Shown here in pieces: positions 9,257 through 19,203 of a stretch of 64,000 nucleotides of DNA. A model generated the notes under the pieces. That model did no database searches, had not been told where the DNA came from, and saw only the letters and a program-made list of their open reading frames with translations. The translations under genes and the position numbers were made by a program. Source of the stretch: an uncultured archaeon (lineage in GTDB: Archaea; Nanobdellota; Nanobdellia; Pacearchaeales; GW2011-AR1); assembly GCA_903866625.1 (NCBI GenBank), contig CAIPOI010000005.1, positions 16,371-80,370 of the forward strand, in the 5' to 3' direction. Position 1 is the stretch's first letter, and each line of letters starts with the position of its first letter.

Positions 9257-11530
9257 ATGTTGTTTAAACCAGGTACTCCTTTGTATTCCTATGAGATAGA
9301 AAAGAATGCTGATGAAGATGTAATGTATATTAACTTTCTTGGCGCTCCTTTTGTTCCAAGCGTTGCAGAATCTTCTGAAGTTATGTCCCGGATAATTGAT
9401 TATTTAATTAAAGCTCCTAATATTTCTCGGGTAGTTTTTGTTCAGCAAAGAAACTATAGTTATGATTATTCCCAGATTATTTTGCTTAAAGAGATAGCAG
9501 AACTTTATGTTAGATTAACTCAACAAGAAAAAATTCTTTCTCCATCAAAATTAGCCTTAAATAATAGGTATGAACTTTCGAGCAGATATGAATTTGTCAG
9601 CTATTTACTTAACTTGCTGAAGGCAGACCCTTTAGCTTGTTTAGCAGAGTTGGAAAATGAGATTGTTCGTGAAAAGACAGCAACAAGCAAACCCGAAGCA
9701 GGTTATGATAATGTTTTTTATTTAAGAGTTCTTGAGAATTTTTCAGAACTATTAAAAAATTCCAGATTATTTAAGATTCTCTCTAATAATCTTGATTCTT
9801 ATAGATTTGGTGAAAGAAAAGTTTATGGTTCTGTATTTAGGCCAGATATTATTCCTAATTTTACATTTACAAGATTAGTAAGTCAACTTCCTAAAGAAGC
9901 AGAGATGGTTGATCAGTATCAAATTGGCGAAGGTTATGATGTTTCTATAGTAACTATTCTCAAGAAACCAGAAGAAGTAAAATATTTTTATCATTTGATG
10001 CCTCCTGAATATGGATTAAATGAAGATCATCATTTAATTTTGAATCTTGCAAGAAATGTTTTGATAGAACATCAACCTAAGGCAGAGGAGTTTACAGACC
10101 CTGAAAGAACAAGACAGGTTTTTTTTAATGTTGCCAGAGATTTAGTAAGAGAGTTGGGTGAAACCCAGAAAGTAAAACTGAGTTATGCAGATATTAATAA
10201 ACTTGCAACAATTTTAGTAAGACATACTATTGGCTTTGGATTAATTGAAATTTTACTCAAGGATAAAAATTTGCAGGATATTGTTTTAAATTCCCCTGTT
10301 ACTCAAAATCCAATTTATCTAAGACATAATGATTTTGATGAGTGCACAACTAATATAATTCCAAGTCAAGAAGATGCAGACTCTTGGGCCGCAAAGTTTA
10401 GAATGATTTCTGGAAGACCTTTAGATGAAGCCAATCCAATTTTGGATACGGATTTATCCATCGGAGACATAAGAGCTAGAATTGCAGTTATTCAACAGCC
10501 ACTTTCTCCATCAGGTTTGGCTTATGCTATTAGAAGGCATAGAGAAAGTCCTTGGACCTTGCCTTTATTTGTTAAAAATAAAATGCTTAATAGTTTTGCT
10601 GCTGGACTTTTCAGTTTTTTAATTGATGGTTCAAGAACTATGTTGGTTGCAGGAACTAGAAGCTCAGGTAAAACTTCCTTGCTCGGCTCTTTAATGTTAG
10701 AAATTATGTCTAAATACAGAATTATTACAATTGAAGATACTCCAGAACTTGCAGTTGATACTATGAGAAAATTAAAGTATGATATTTTGAGGATGAAAGT
10801 TAGAAGTGCTTTGACTCAGACTACTAATGAAATCGCTGCAGACGAAGGAATTAGAACTTCCCTTAGACTTGGAGATTCTTGTTTAATTATTGGAGAAGTA
10901 AGAAGTCAGGAAGCAAGGGCCCTATATGAGGCAATGAGAATTGGCGCTTTAGCTAATGTAGTTGCAGGAACTATTCATGGTGCTTCACCTTATGGAGTTT
11001 TTGATAGAGTTGTAAATGATTTGCAAGTTCCTGTTACTAGTTTTAAGGCTACAGATTGTGTCATTGTTGCTAATCCTGTTAAGAGTGCAGATGGAATGCA
11101 TTCTATGAGAAGAGTTTTGCAACTCGCAGAAGTTAGAAAACATTGGACAAAAGATCCTATTGAAGAAAAAGGATTTGTGGATTTGCTTAAGTATAATGTT
11201 GAGAAAGACGAATTAGAGCCAAGTGAAGATTTAATTAATGGAGATAGTGAGGTAATAAAAGATATTGCTTCAGGAGTTAGAGCGTGGGTTGGAAATTGGG
11301 ATGCAGTTTATGATAATATTTTACTTAGAGGAAAGATTAAACAAGAAATTGTAAATATATCTGAAAAACTGAAGAAGCCGGAGCTTTTAGAAGCAGGGTT
11401 TAATGTTTTAGGGAATAATATGTTTCATCAGATTTCTGATAAGATTAATGAGGAGATTGGTTTGCCACTTGGAGAAAGAGTTTTTCCTGAGTGGCAGAAA
11501 TGGGCAGTTAATGCGGCTAAGAAGATATAA
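9257..11530 (+). CDS. Type IV pilus / type II secretion assembly ATPase (VirB11/TadA/ArlI family)
   Basis: Walker A GTRSSGKT, TIEDTPEL Asp box, IIGEVRSQEA Walker B, GTIHG His box. Confidence 0.95.
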   Translation: MLFKPGTPLYSYEIEKNADEDVMYINFLGAPFVPSVAESSEVMSRIIDYLIKAPNISRVVFVQQRNYSYDYSQIILLKEIAELYVRLTQQEKILSPSKLALNNRYELSSRYEFVSYLLNLLKADPLACLAELENEIVREKTATSKPEAGYDNVFYLRVLENFSELLKNSRLFKILSNNLDSYRFGERKVYGSVFRPDIIPNFTFTRLVSQLPKEAEMVDQYQIGEGYDVSIVTILKKPEEVKYFYHLMPPEYGLNEDHHLILNLARNVLIEHQPKAEEFTDPERTRQVFFNVARDLVRELGETQKVKLSYADINKLATILVRHTIGFGLIEILLKDKNLQDIVLNSPVTQNPIYLRHNDFDECTTNIIPSQEDADSWAAKFRMISGRPLDEANPILDTDLSIGDIRARIAVIQQPLSPSGLAYAIRRHRESPWTLPLFVKNKMLNSFAAGLFSFLIDGSRTMLVAGTRSSGKTSLLGSLMLEIMSKYRIITIEDTPELAVDTMRKLKYDILRMKVRSALTQTTNEIAADEGIRTSLRLGDSCLIIGEVRSQEARALYEAMRIGALANVVAGTIHGASPYGVFDRVVNDLQVPVTSFKATDCVIVANPVKSADGMHSMRRVLQLAEVRKHWTKDPIEEKGFVDLLKYNVEKDELEPSEDLINGDSEVIKDIASGVRAWVGNWDAVYDNILLRGKIKQEIVNISEKLKKPELLEAGFNVLGNNMFHQISDKINEEIGLPLGERVFPEWQKWAVNAAKKI

Positions 11531-11579
11531 TTTTGAATATAAATGATTATAAAGTCTAAAATCTGATTAAATATATAAA

Positions 11580-11810
11580 ATGAAGAGTCAAAGAATAACG
11601 ATTAGTTCATTATTGATTGGAATAACTCCTGACGTTATTGCCGCATTTGAAGCTACTAGAAATAATTTTTTTAATTCTTCGAGGGCTAGAGCTGAAGAGT
11701 TAGCTTTTGAAAGAGCGTTTAAAACTCCAGTTATTTCAAAATCTTTGGATTTAAATAAAGTTAGATTAAAATATAATCCTGAAGAGTGTCAGGTGAGAAG
11801 CTATGCCTAA
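11580..11810 (+). CDS. Hypothetical protein
   Basis: 76-aa ORF only. Confidence 0.4.
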   Translation: MKSQRITISSLLIGITPDVIAAFEATRNNFFNSSRARAEELAFERAFKTPVISKSLDLNKVRLKYNPEECQVRSYA

Positions 11811-12003
11811 AGATTATGCTATTTTGAGGAGAATTTATAGGGGCATGACTTCAGAACAAGTCTGTAAGTCTGTAATTGATGGATTTTCTGTGGATAATGA
11901 ACCCCTTGGAGTTTTTGGTCAAAGAGATCAATCTGGAAATTTTAGTCTAGATAGGGTTGTTTTTAATTTAAGTCCAAGTGAATTAGCCTTAATGACAATT
12001 TAG
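11803..12003 (+). CDS. Hypothetical protein
   Basis: 66-aa ORF overlapping the previous one by 8 bp. Confidence 0.4.
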   Translation: MPKDYAILRRIYRGMTSEQVCKSVIDGFSVDNEPLGVFGQRDQSGNFSLDRVVFNLSPSELALMTI

Positions 12004-12056
12004 CCCAAGATTTATATACATTCTTTATCTTATTGTTTTTATAGAAAAAGAGGAAT

Positions 12057-14225
12057 ATGGTGGATAAAGATACAGAGGCAATTCTAAAGAAATATGGCAC
12101 GCAGTTGAATAGTCTTAATTCTGAACCTATTTATTCTAATAAGGATTTTTCAAATGAGTTTGTTCAGTTTAAAGAGGATATGATGCCTAAGTTTTCTAAA
12201 TATGAAAGATTATGTAAAAATATTGGTGGAAGTATTGGTATAAAACTTGCTCAAAAGGATGAAGATAATCTTCGTAGAGAAATAAACTCTGCACACTTAG
12301 ACGTAACCCCTAGTCAGGTGGTAGCTTTAGCTACTTTAATGTTTATTTTTGTTTTTATAGGTGGAGTAATTCTTACTACTGCTATTTATCTTATATCTAA
12401 TCCTCCTTATTTTTCTGTGCTTTTGCTTTTATTATCTTTTTTAACAGCAGGATTTTTATTCTATTATTTTTATTCTATGCCTTCGAGACTGGCTACTCAA
12501 TGGAGATTAAAGGCAGGTTCTCAGATGGTGCCATGTATACTTTATACCGTAATCTATATGAAGCATACCTCTAATCTTGAAAGAGCAATACGTTTTGCTT
12601 CAGAACATCTTGAACCTCCATTAGCTTTAGATTTAAAAAAAGTTTTTTGGGATGTAGAAGTTGGAAGATTTTCAACTATTAAGGAGAGTTTAGATAGTTA
12701 TCTGGAATCTTGGAGATTAAGTAATCCTGAATTTGTGGAGAGTTTTAATCTAATTGAATCAAGTTTATATGAACCTAGTGATTCAAGGAGAATTCAAATT
12801 CTTGAAAGGGCATTACAGGTTATTCTTGATGGAGTTTACGATAGAATGCTTAAGTTTACTCATGATGTTAAAGCTCCACTTACAAATCTTTACATGTTGG
12901 GTATAGTGCTTCCTACTTTAGGTTTAGCACTTTTGCCTTTAGGTTCTGCTTTGCTTAATGGTGCTATAAAATGGTTTCATATTTTAATATTTTTCAATAT
13001 TTTAATACCCTTTTTTGTTTTTTATATGACTTCTCAAATAATGGCTACTCGTCCTGGAGGTTATGGAGAGTCGAGCATACTTGAATTAAATCCCCTTTAC
13101 TCTAAATATAAATCTAAGAAGTCTTATCTAAAAGCAGGATTAATTGTTCTTCCTCTTTTCTTAATAGGAATATTTCCTTTATTATTATCTATTCCTGGCT
13201 TTGCTGGTTTGCTTAATATTAATCCAGATGTAAGTTTTGGAAGTTTGGGGATTGGGTTTTTAAGTGATATAAAACTTTTTGATATAATTCAGGGAGTTGG
13301 ACCTATGGGCCCTGTTGCCTTGTTAATGAGTTTATTTATTCCTCTTTCAGTATTTTTATTTTTTTCTATTTCTTATAAAGCCAGAACCAAAGATATAATC
13401 AAATCAAGAGATTACTCAAAAGTTCTTGAGGGAGAGTTTAATAATTCTTTATTTCAGTTAGGCAACAGAATCGGAGATGGAACTCCTGCAGAGCTTGCAT
13501 TTGGAAAAGTTATAGAAAGTTCAAGGGGACAGGTTACAGAGAATTTCTTTAAAATTGTTAATTCAAATATTCAGAGTTCTGGTATGAGCTTAGAGAAAGC
13601 AATATTTGATCCAAGAAGAGGTGCAATACTCAACTATCCTTCAAATTTAATTTCTACAAGCATGCATATTCTTATAGAAAGTGCAAGAAAGGGGTTAAAA
13701 GTTGCAGCAGAATCTCTTATGAGCATTGCAGATTATGTTAGAAATATAAATAAAATTAATGATAGACTTAGAGACTTGTTGGCAGATGTTATTTCTGATA
13801 TGAAAAGTAATATGACTTTTTTAGCACCTTTGCTTGCTGGAATTGTTGTGGGGTTATCTTCTATGATAACTTTGATTTTAAGCAAATTAACTGCGGTAAT
13901 AACTGCTGCTACTGCGAGTACTACTGCAGATTTATCGACTTTTGGGAGTATAAGTTCTATTGTTAAGATATTTGATGTTAATGTTATGATTCCTCCCTAC
14001 TTCTTGCAGATTTGTGTTGGAATTTACATAGTTGAAATCATATTTATTCTAACAAAGGCTCTTGTTAGTGTAGATGCTGGAGAAGACGAGTTAAAAGAGA
14101 CTTCAGATATTGCTAAGAATCTTATTTCTGGGGGTTTACTTTATTTGATTGTTGCTCTCATAGCCATAGTTGCTCTTTCCCTGCTTTCAGGAATAGCTTT
14201 GAACAGCATAGGTGTGGGAGTTTAA
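12057..14225 (+). CDS. Type IV pilus membrane platform protein (fused TadB/TadC, T2SS-F-like)
   Basis: Two cytoplasmic helical domains each followed by TM segments; follows the ATPase. Confidence 0.88.
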   Translation: MVDKDTEAILKKYGTQLNSLNSEPIYSNKDFSNEFVQFKEDMMPKFSKYERLCKNIGGSIGIKLAQKDEDNLRREINSAHLDVTPSQVVALATLMFIFVFIGGVILTTAIYLISNPPYFSVLLLLLSFLTAGFLFYYFYSMPSRLATQWRLKAGSQMVPCILYTVIYMKHTSNLERAIRFASEHLEPPLALDLKKVFWDVEVGRFSTIKESLDSYLESWRLSNPEFVESFNLIESSLYEPSDSRRIQILERALQVILDGVYDRMLKFTHDVKAPLTNLYMLGIVLPTLGLALLPLGSALLNGAIKWFHILIFFNILIPFFVFYMTSQIMATRPGGYGESSILELNPLYSKYKSKKSYLKAGLIVLPLFLIGIFPLLLSIPGFAGLLNINPDVSFGSLGIGFLSDIKLFDIIQGVGPMGPVALLMSLFIPLSVFLFFSISYKARTKDIIKSRDYSKVLEGEFNNSLFQLGNRIGDGTPAELAFGKVIESSRGQVTENFFKIVNSNIQSSGMSLEKAIFDPRRGAILNYPSNLISTSMHILIESARKGLKVAAESLMSIADYVRNINKINDRLRDLLADVISDMKSNMTFLAPLLAGIVVGLSSMITLILSKLTAVITAATASTTADLSTFGSISSIVKIFDVNVMIPPYFLQICVGIYIVEIIFILTKALVSVDAGEDELKETSDIAKNLISGGLLYLIVALIAIVALSLLSGIALNSIGVGV

Positions 14226-14259
14226 GCACTAACTTTAAATAATAGATTTTCTTAGTGGA

Positions 14260-14604
14260 TTGATGATAAAAATAGGGGATAAGAAAGGTTTAGAGATGGC
14301 TATAAACACTATTGTTCTAATAATTTTAGCTTTAGTAGTGTTGATTGCAGCAATATTTATTTTTAGCCGTTCGAGTTCTGCTTTTGCAGATAAGATTAAT
14401 AGTTTTATTAGTTCTAGTAATGTAGATAGTACTATTGACTCTTGTAATATTCTTGCAAATCAAGAAAGTAGGTTTGATTATTGTTGTGTTAAGAAAAGTG
14501 TAAAGATCTCTCGTTCAGAAATTCTCAATGTTACTTGTTCAGAAGCAACAGAAAAATCTTGGGCTAAAGATATTCAAAAATTAAATTGTGAGGGTGTTTG
14601 TTAA
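14260..14604 (+). CDS. Pilin with class III signal peptide
   Basis: KKG|LEMAINTIVLIILALVVL; Cys-rich head. Confidence 0.85.
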   Translation: MMIKIGDKKGLEMAINTIVLIILALVVLIAAIFIFSRSSSAFADKINSFISSSNVDSTIDSCNILANQESRFDYCCVKKSVKISRSEILNVTCSEATEKSWAKDIQKLNCEGVC

Positions 14605-14605
14605 G

Positions 14606-14788
14606 ATGAAAAGTAAAATAAGTAAAAAAAACAAGAATTCTAAGGCGAGGATTGAATTAGATGTTATGGGTTGGTGGATCTTAGGGGTTTTAGTATTAGT
14701 AATTGTTTTAGCTGCGATATTTATACTAGCAAAAAAAGGGCAGGGAGGTTTGGATTTTCTTAAAAATATTTTTAGGTTTGGTAGATAA
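14606..14788 (+). CDS. Mini-pilin (60 aa)
   Basis: ATG 14606 just after upstream stop; basic leader ..NSKA|RIELDVMGWWILGVLVL. Confidence 0.75.
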   Translation: MKSKISKKNKNSKARIELDVMGWWILGVLVLVIVLAAIFILAKKGQGGLDFLKNIFRFGR

Positions 14789-14805
14789 GTTTCTTGGTCT
14801 TTAGC

Positions 14806-15459
14806 ATGATATCTTTAAAAAATAAACGAGCAAATGATGGGGGTACCTCAGAAAGTTCTGTTGCTATAATTCTGGTTGTTTTGGTGTTAATAGTTGGTTT
14901 GATTGCTTTGGCTGTAATTTCTGCACCCAAAATTTATGATGCTATAAAGGGGCTTCCAGGTTTTGGCGGGGGAGAAAAAGATCAAGGAAATAATCCGCCA
15001 GTTCAGCCATTAGAGTATCAAAAGCCCAATTCTTGTATATATAATTTTTACTGGAGTGATGTGTCTGGGGTTGCTCTTTCTACTTCTTTGAAAAAAAGTG
15101 CTAAGCAGGACGATCCTTTTTATATTGCTTTAAGTATAAATGATGATTTTGAAAAAAATCCTGATTGTAAAGATTATTCCGTGGTTGTAGAAGCTACAGA
15201 AAAAGGTTCATTCATTATTTCTCAATCCTTTTATTCCTTAGGTTTAATTGATAAGGAGAACATTAAGATTATTGAGGGTAAAAAATTTTATATAACCTCT
15301 TGGTATTTGAGAGAACAGGATTCTTACTGGAAGAGTCTTGGGGATAATTGGCTTGCTCTCAAATTAAAGGCAATATTTGGTTCTCAAACCTATAAGTTTT
15401 ATATTAGAGATAACAAAAAAGAGATAATTAGATTAGGAGATACAATTCATGTTAAATAA
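14806..15459 (+). CDS. Pilin-like protein
   Basis: MISLKNKRA|NDGG then hydrophobic helix. Confidence 0.75.
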   Translation: MISLKNKRANDGGTSESSVAIILVVLVLIVGLIALAVISAPKIYDAIKGLPGFGGGEKDQGNNPPVQPLEYQKPNSCIYNFYWSDVSGVALSTSLKKSAKQDDPFYIALSINDDFEKNPDCKDYSVVVEATEKGSFIISQSFYSLGLIDKENIKIIEGKKFYITSWYLREQDSYWKSLGDNWLALKLKAIFGSQTYKFYIRDNKKEIIRLGDTIHVK

Positions 15460-15970
15460 AAAAGCAGAAACAGGAACAACTCTCGGTGGGACTGTGACTA
15501 GTGTAGTAATCGCAGTTATTTGTATTCTTATACTGATCGGTTTGGGAGTTATGATTTATAATATTCTGGTTGTGAGTCCTGATTTATCTAAGGCAGAAGC
15601 GACCCTTAAGGAAGTTTCCTCAAATATTGAAGCTATAAATTCTCAAGGAGGTTCTATGGAAGTTGTGATAGCTAATCCTAATGGTTGGGTTTTAGTTTCT
15701 GCAGATTCTTCAAATATTCCTTCTTTGTGCGGAAGTTCTAATTGTTTATGTATTTGTAAATATGATTCTAATAAGCAAACTTTTTTTAATAATTGTAATG
15801 ATAAAAGAATTGCGACATGTACTCCTTTGGGAGAGAAAAAAGTTCAGATTTCTTCCTCAGTTTATAGTATTAATTATCCTATTGGTATTTCTGGGATTAA
15901 TATAGATGGTATTATCAAGATAAAGTTAAGTTTTTCTAATAATGAAATAAATCTAGAGCGTCTTTCTTAA
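15449..15970 (+). CDS. Pilin-like protein, Cys-rich
   Basis: MLNKKA|ETGTT, hydrophobic helix, CLCIC. Confidence 0.8.
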   Translation: MLNKKAETGTTLGGTVTSVVIAVICILILIGLGVMIYNILVVSPDLSKAEATLKEVSSNIEAINSQGGSMEVVIANPNGWVLVSADSSNIPSLCGSSNCLCICKYDSNKQTFFNNCNDKRIATCTPLGEKKVQISSSVYSINYPIGISGINIDGIIKIKLSFSNNEINLERLS

Positions 15971-15984
15971 ATATTATCTATATA

Positions 15985-16116
15985 ATGAAAACTCAAACAA
16001 AAAATAAAAAAGCTCAACAAGATTCGATAATAAGAATATTATTATGGATTGTTTTTATTATAATCCTATTTGGGGTGGTTTATTTTATTGCTAAAAACTT
16101 ATTTAAATTAGGATAA
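15985..16116 (+). CDS. Micro-pilin (43 aa), below the ORF-track cut-off
   Basis: MKTQTKNKKA|QQDSIIRILLWIVFIIILFGVVYFIAKNLFKLG*; fills the gap in the pilin operon. Confidence 0.85.
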   Translation: MKTQTKNKKAQQDSIIRILLWIVFIIILFGVVYFIAKNLFKLG

Positions 16117-16135
16117 TCTAAAAATATATATTAAA

Positions 16136-17047
16136 ATGAAAAATAAAAAAGGGGATTTGACAAGTAAAACAATAATAACTTGGGTTATCTTAATTGTTAC
16201 GTTTGGAATTATACTTTTATTTATAACTGTTTTTCCTTGGGGCGAGGAAAAATCCAGAGATTCTTGCCATACTACAATTGTCATGAGAGCAAGTGCTAAT
16301 TTGGATAAACTAAATGGTTTGAAGGGTGATATTCCTTTAAAATGCCAGACTCAGAAAATTTGTTTGAAAAGTGGTTTGTTTGGAAGTTGTCCTAATTTGG
16401 GAAAGACTTCCACGATTAATATGCCTGGAGCAGATAAGGCTGATGTTGTTAATTCTATTGCAGAAACTTTATATGCAGATTATATTATGACTGGAAAAGG
16501 TTTGCTTAATTTTATGCCTCGAGGTTTTACAAATCAGAAATATTGCTTAATAACTTCTAAACTATCTTTAGATCCAAAAACACAAGTATCTATTACTCCG
16601 AGAGATATCTATCAAAGATTGAGTCAGATAAAAAATGACAACGATGTTTCTTATTTAAAAGAGATGTATGGTTTGGAAAGTCCAGATCAAATGCAAGAAT
16701 ATTTTTCCCAGGTTAGTAAGGTTAAAGGTTTTGAGGGTGCTACAAGTTTTATGACTTCTCCTTTAGATTTTTCAAAAAATGATTATGATATAGTTGTTGC
16801 TGTTACTCAGAATGGTTGGTGGAAATCTGTTGCTGGAGGTGTTGGAGTTGCCGTAAGTGTAGCTTTGATTCCTTGGACTTTAGGAGCTAGTGCTTGGATT
16901 GGCACAGGAATAGTTGCTGGAGCAGCTACAACTTATACTTTCGGTCAAAATAATGAGGATTATCAATATAATCTTCCTATATTAGTTGTTAACACTCCCG
17001 AAGCATTAAAACAATTAGATTGTAGCTCTATTGAAACTCTTGCTTGA
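16136..17047 (+). CDS. Large pilin-like protein
   Basis: MKNKKG|DLTSKTII; second Gly/Ala-rich hydrophobic segment near the C-terminus. Confidence 0.8.
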   Translation: MKNKKGDLTSKTIITWVILIVTFGIILLFITVFPWGEEKSRDSCHTTIVMRASANLDKLNGLKGDIPLKCQTQKICLKSGLFGSCPNLGKTSTINMPGADKADVVNSIAETLYADYIMTGKGLLNFMPRGFTNQKYCLITSKLSLDPKTQVSITPRDIYQRLSQIKNDNDVSYLKEMYGLESPDQMQEYFSQVSKVKGFEGATSFMTSPLDFSKNDYDIVVAVTQNGWWKSVAGGVGVAVSVALIPWTLGASAWIGTGIVAGAATTYTFGQNNEDYQYNLPILVVNTPEALKQLDCSSIETLA

Positions 17048-17072
17048 TTGAACTGGAAATTATAAAAATAAA

Positions 17073-17477
17073 ATGATATCTTTAAGAAATAAAAAAGCAG
17101 AATCAGAACATGAAATGTTTGAAACAGTTATTTTTTTAGTTATAACTGTTGCGCTTTTTGCTATTTGCTTTTATTATGTTTCTTGGGTAGGAAGCAATGA
17201 TAAAACTATTGAAGAGCAGTCTGCAAAACAAATAGCTCTGACTATTGATTCTATTGTTCCAGGAAGCCAAGTAGTTTTAGATTTACCTGAACTTTTTGAT
17301 GCCGCTAAGAAAAATAATTTTGTTGGACCTGAAGATAGAGTTGTTTTACCTGTGGAAAATGGAAAGATAACTGTTAAAACTTCTAAAAAAACTTCTTACT
17401 CTTTCTATACCTTTTCTTCTATACCTACTCAAATCACAATTGATAAAATCACTAAAAAAATAATTATTAATGCTTAA
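17073..17477 (+). CDS. Pilin-like protein
   Basis: MISLRNKKA|ESEHEMFETVIFLVI. Confidence 0.8.
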   Translation: MISLRNKKAESEHEMFETVIFLVITVALFAICFYYVSWVGSNDKTIEEQSAKQIALTIDSIVPGSQVVLDLPELFDAAKKNNFVGPEDRVVLPVENGKITVKTSKKTSYSFYTFSSIPTQITIDKITKKIIINA

Positions 17478-17478
17478 A

Positions 17479-17973
17479 ATGATAAAAATAACTATTAAAA
17501 ATAAAAAAGCAGATTCAAGATGGCTTTCGCCTTGGATGATTGTTCAGTGGATTATAATTATTGGTGCTTTGTTATTGATAAGCTACTGGTTTTTTCCAGG
17601 ATTTAATGATGTAAGGGTTAAGGAAGCTGAGAAGATGAATAATGTTTTGCTTAATTGTTTAGCTAAAGACTTTTCTATATCTGAAATTCAAAAAGATAGT
17701 TTTAATATTTTTGAAAAATGTTCTTTGAATAAAGATTTGTTTAGTAGTCAGCAGATTTATTATTTTGAAATTATCATCGATGATTCTGCTGGAAAAGAAG
17801 TTAGAGATATTCAGGCAGGAGTTAATTGGAAAACTGAATGTTTATATCAAAAGGAAAATAATAAAGCAGAAACTAAGCTTGCACAGTGTTTTGTTAATAC
17901 CCTCTATGTTCTTGATAAGAAAACGGGTTTAAAATATAGTGTTCAAGCAATAACTGGTTCAAATCAAAAATGA
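17479..17973 (+). CDS. Pilin-like protein
   Basis: MIKITIKNKKA|DSRW (start 17479 preferred over 17470). Confidence 0.8.
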   Translation: MIKITIKNKKADSRWLSPWMIVQWIIIIGALLLISYWFFPGFNDVRVKEAEKMNNVLLNCLAKDFSISEIQKDSFNIFEKCSLNKDLFSSQQIYYFEIIIDDSAGKEVRDIQAGVNWKTECLYQKENNKAETKLAQCFVNTLYVLDKKTGLKYSVQAITGSNQK

Positions 17974-18506
17974 TTAAAATAACTATTAAAAATAAAAAAG
18001 CAGAGGCAATAGGTTCTACTCTTACTTGGATTAGTGCAACTTTTGTTTTAATTTTAGTAATTGCTATGTTTATGGCATTAAGCATATTAATTTTTAAGAC
18101 TAGTTGGGGTTCTGGTAAGACAAATGCCATTCTCTCTCAAGATTCACAGACTATTATGACTTCTTCTATGATAAATTTCTTAAAGATGAAGGATTCAAGT
18201 GGGTTGACTAATGAAGAGATTATAAGAAGCTGGGCAGTTAGTAAAAATTCTGATCAAGAAAAATTAATAAGAAAAAATATAGAAGCCTTTGTTAGTTCTA
18301 TTGATTCTCCTTGCGCAATATTTCAAATAAATCCTACGGGTGGAAGTGGCGACGCGACATTAACTGTAAATAAAATACAATCTAGTATCAGTAGTTCTCC
18401 TGCTCACCAACAGTATTATTTTGATCGTTCTTCTAAAGTTTATATAAGATTTAATAATAAATTAGGATTCATCCGCTTCTTTCAGGGCGCTTGTTATAGT
18501 TTTTAG
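17970..18506 (+). CDS. Pilin-like protein
   Basis: MIKITIKNKKA|EAIGSTLTWISATFVL. Confidence 0.8.
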   Translation: MIKITIKNKKAEAIGSTLTWISATFVLILVIAMFMALSILIFKTSWGSGKTNAILSQDSQTIMTSSMINFLKMKDSSGLTNEEIIRSWAVSKNSDQEKLIRKNIEAFVSSIDSPCAIFQINPTGGSGDATLTVNKIQSSISSSPAHQQYYFDRSSKVYIRFNNKLGFIRFFQGACYSF

Positions 18507-18507
18507 C

Positions 18508-18963
18508 ATGATAACTCTAAAAAATAAAAAGGGTATGGCAATTTCAACAGTTTTATTTGTAATTATGGTAATAATTCTTTTTACAACTGCTATTACTCTG
18601 TTTTATCTTAGGGATAAAAGCGCAAATGAGGGGTTTGCATCTTTAAATCAAGGTGAGGTTCTTAATTATAAGGCTTTAATATTGGATTATTATCTTGAAA
18701 ATACTTGTAAAAAGACTGCAGAAGCCAAACCTTCTACTGCTCAAGAAGCAATTGATTTGTTTAAGAAAAATTTGGCCTTGTATAAAGATGGAAAAGAGTA
18801 TGTTATGCAAGAGCTTCTTAGTGCAGAAGGAAGTGCTAATGATAAAACTATTTCTCTTGAAAATGGAAAGGTTAAATGTCTGTTTAGCTTTGATTTGGTA
18901 ATAAGTTCTGGAGCAGGTTCTGGTTCGAGCCAGGTTCATCATAATTTTGAGTATACTAGTTAA
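18508..18963 (+). CDS. Pilin-like protein
   Basis: MITLKNKKG|MAISTVLFVIMVII. Confidence 0.8.
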   Translation: MITLKNKKGMAISTVLFVIMVIILFTTAITLFYLRDKSANEGFASLNQGEVLNYKALILDYYLENTCKKTAEAKPSTAQEAIDLFKKNLALYKDGKEYVMQELLSAEGSANDKTISLENGKVKCLFSFDLVISSGAGSGSSQVHHNFEYTS

Positions 18964-19003
18964 GATTGCTAAAATGTTAAGTAAATCCTCAATTTTAACA
19001 TAA

Positions 19004-19077
19004 CACTCGCCTCGAGCAAAGCTCTCGGCTCGCCTATTTTCTGCTCAATCAACTCCTCCTGCTCGTCGATTTCGCGG
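19004..19077. repeat. GC-rich palindromic (REP-like) intergenic element
   Basis: CGAG-CAAAGCT-CTCG hairpin and repeated CTCG units in an AT-rich spacer. Confidence 0.45.
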
Positions 19078-19203
19078 ATTTATATTAATAAGATATTCTA
19101 TAACAAGAAGTGCAAATTAAGTAAAAAGGTTAAGTTATAAACTTGACTTAACATAAAAACAAGATTTTTAAACCCCAAAAACATAGTAGATAAGAAAAAG
19201 AGC

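Noticed and set aside
9257..14225. Archaellum or conjugative T4SS
   Set aside because: No recognisable ArlB/F/G/H, VirB4, VirD4 or relaxase; the pilin context fits a type IV pilus.
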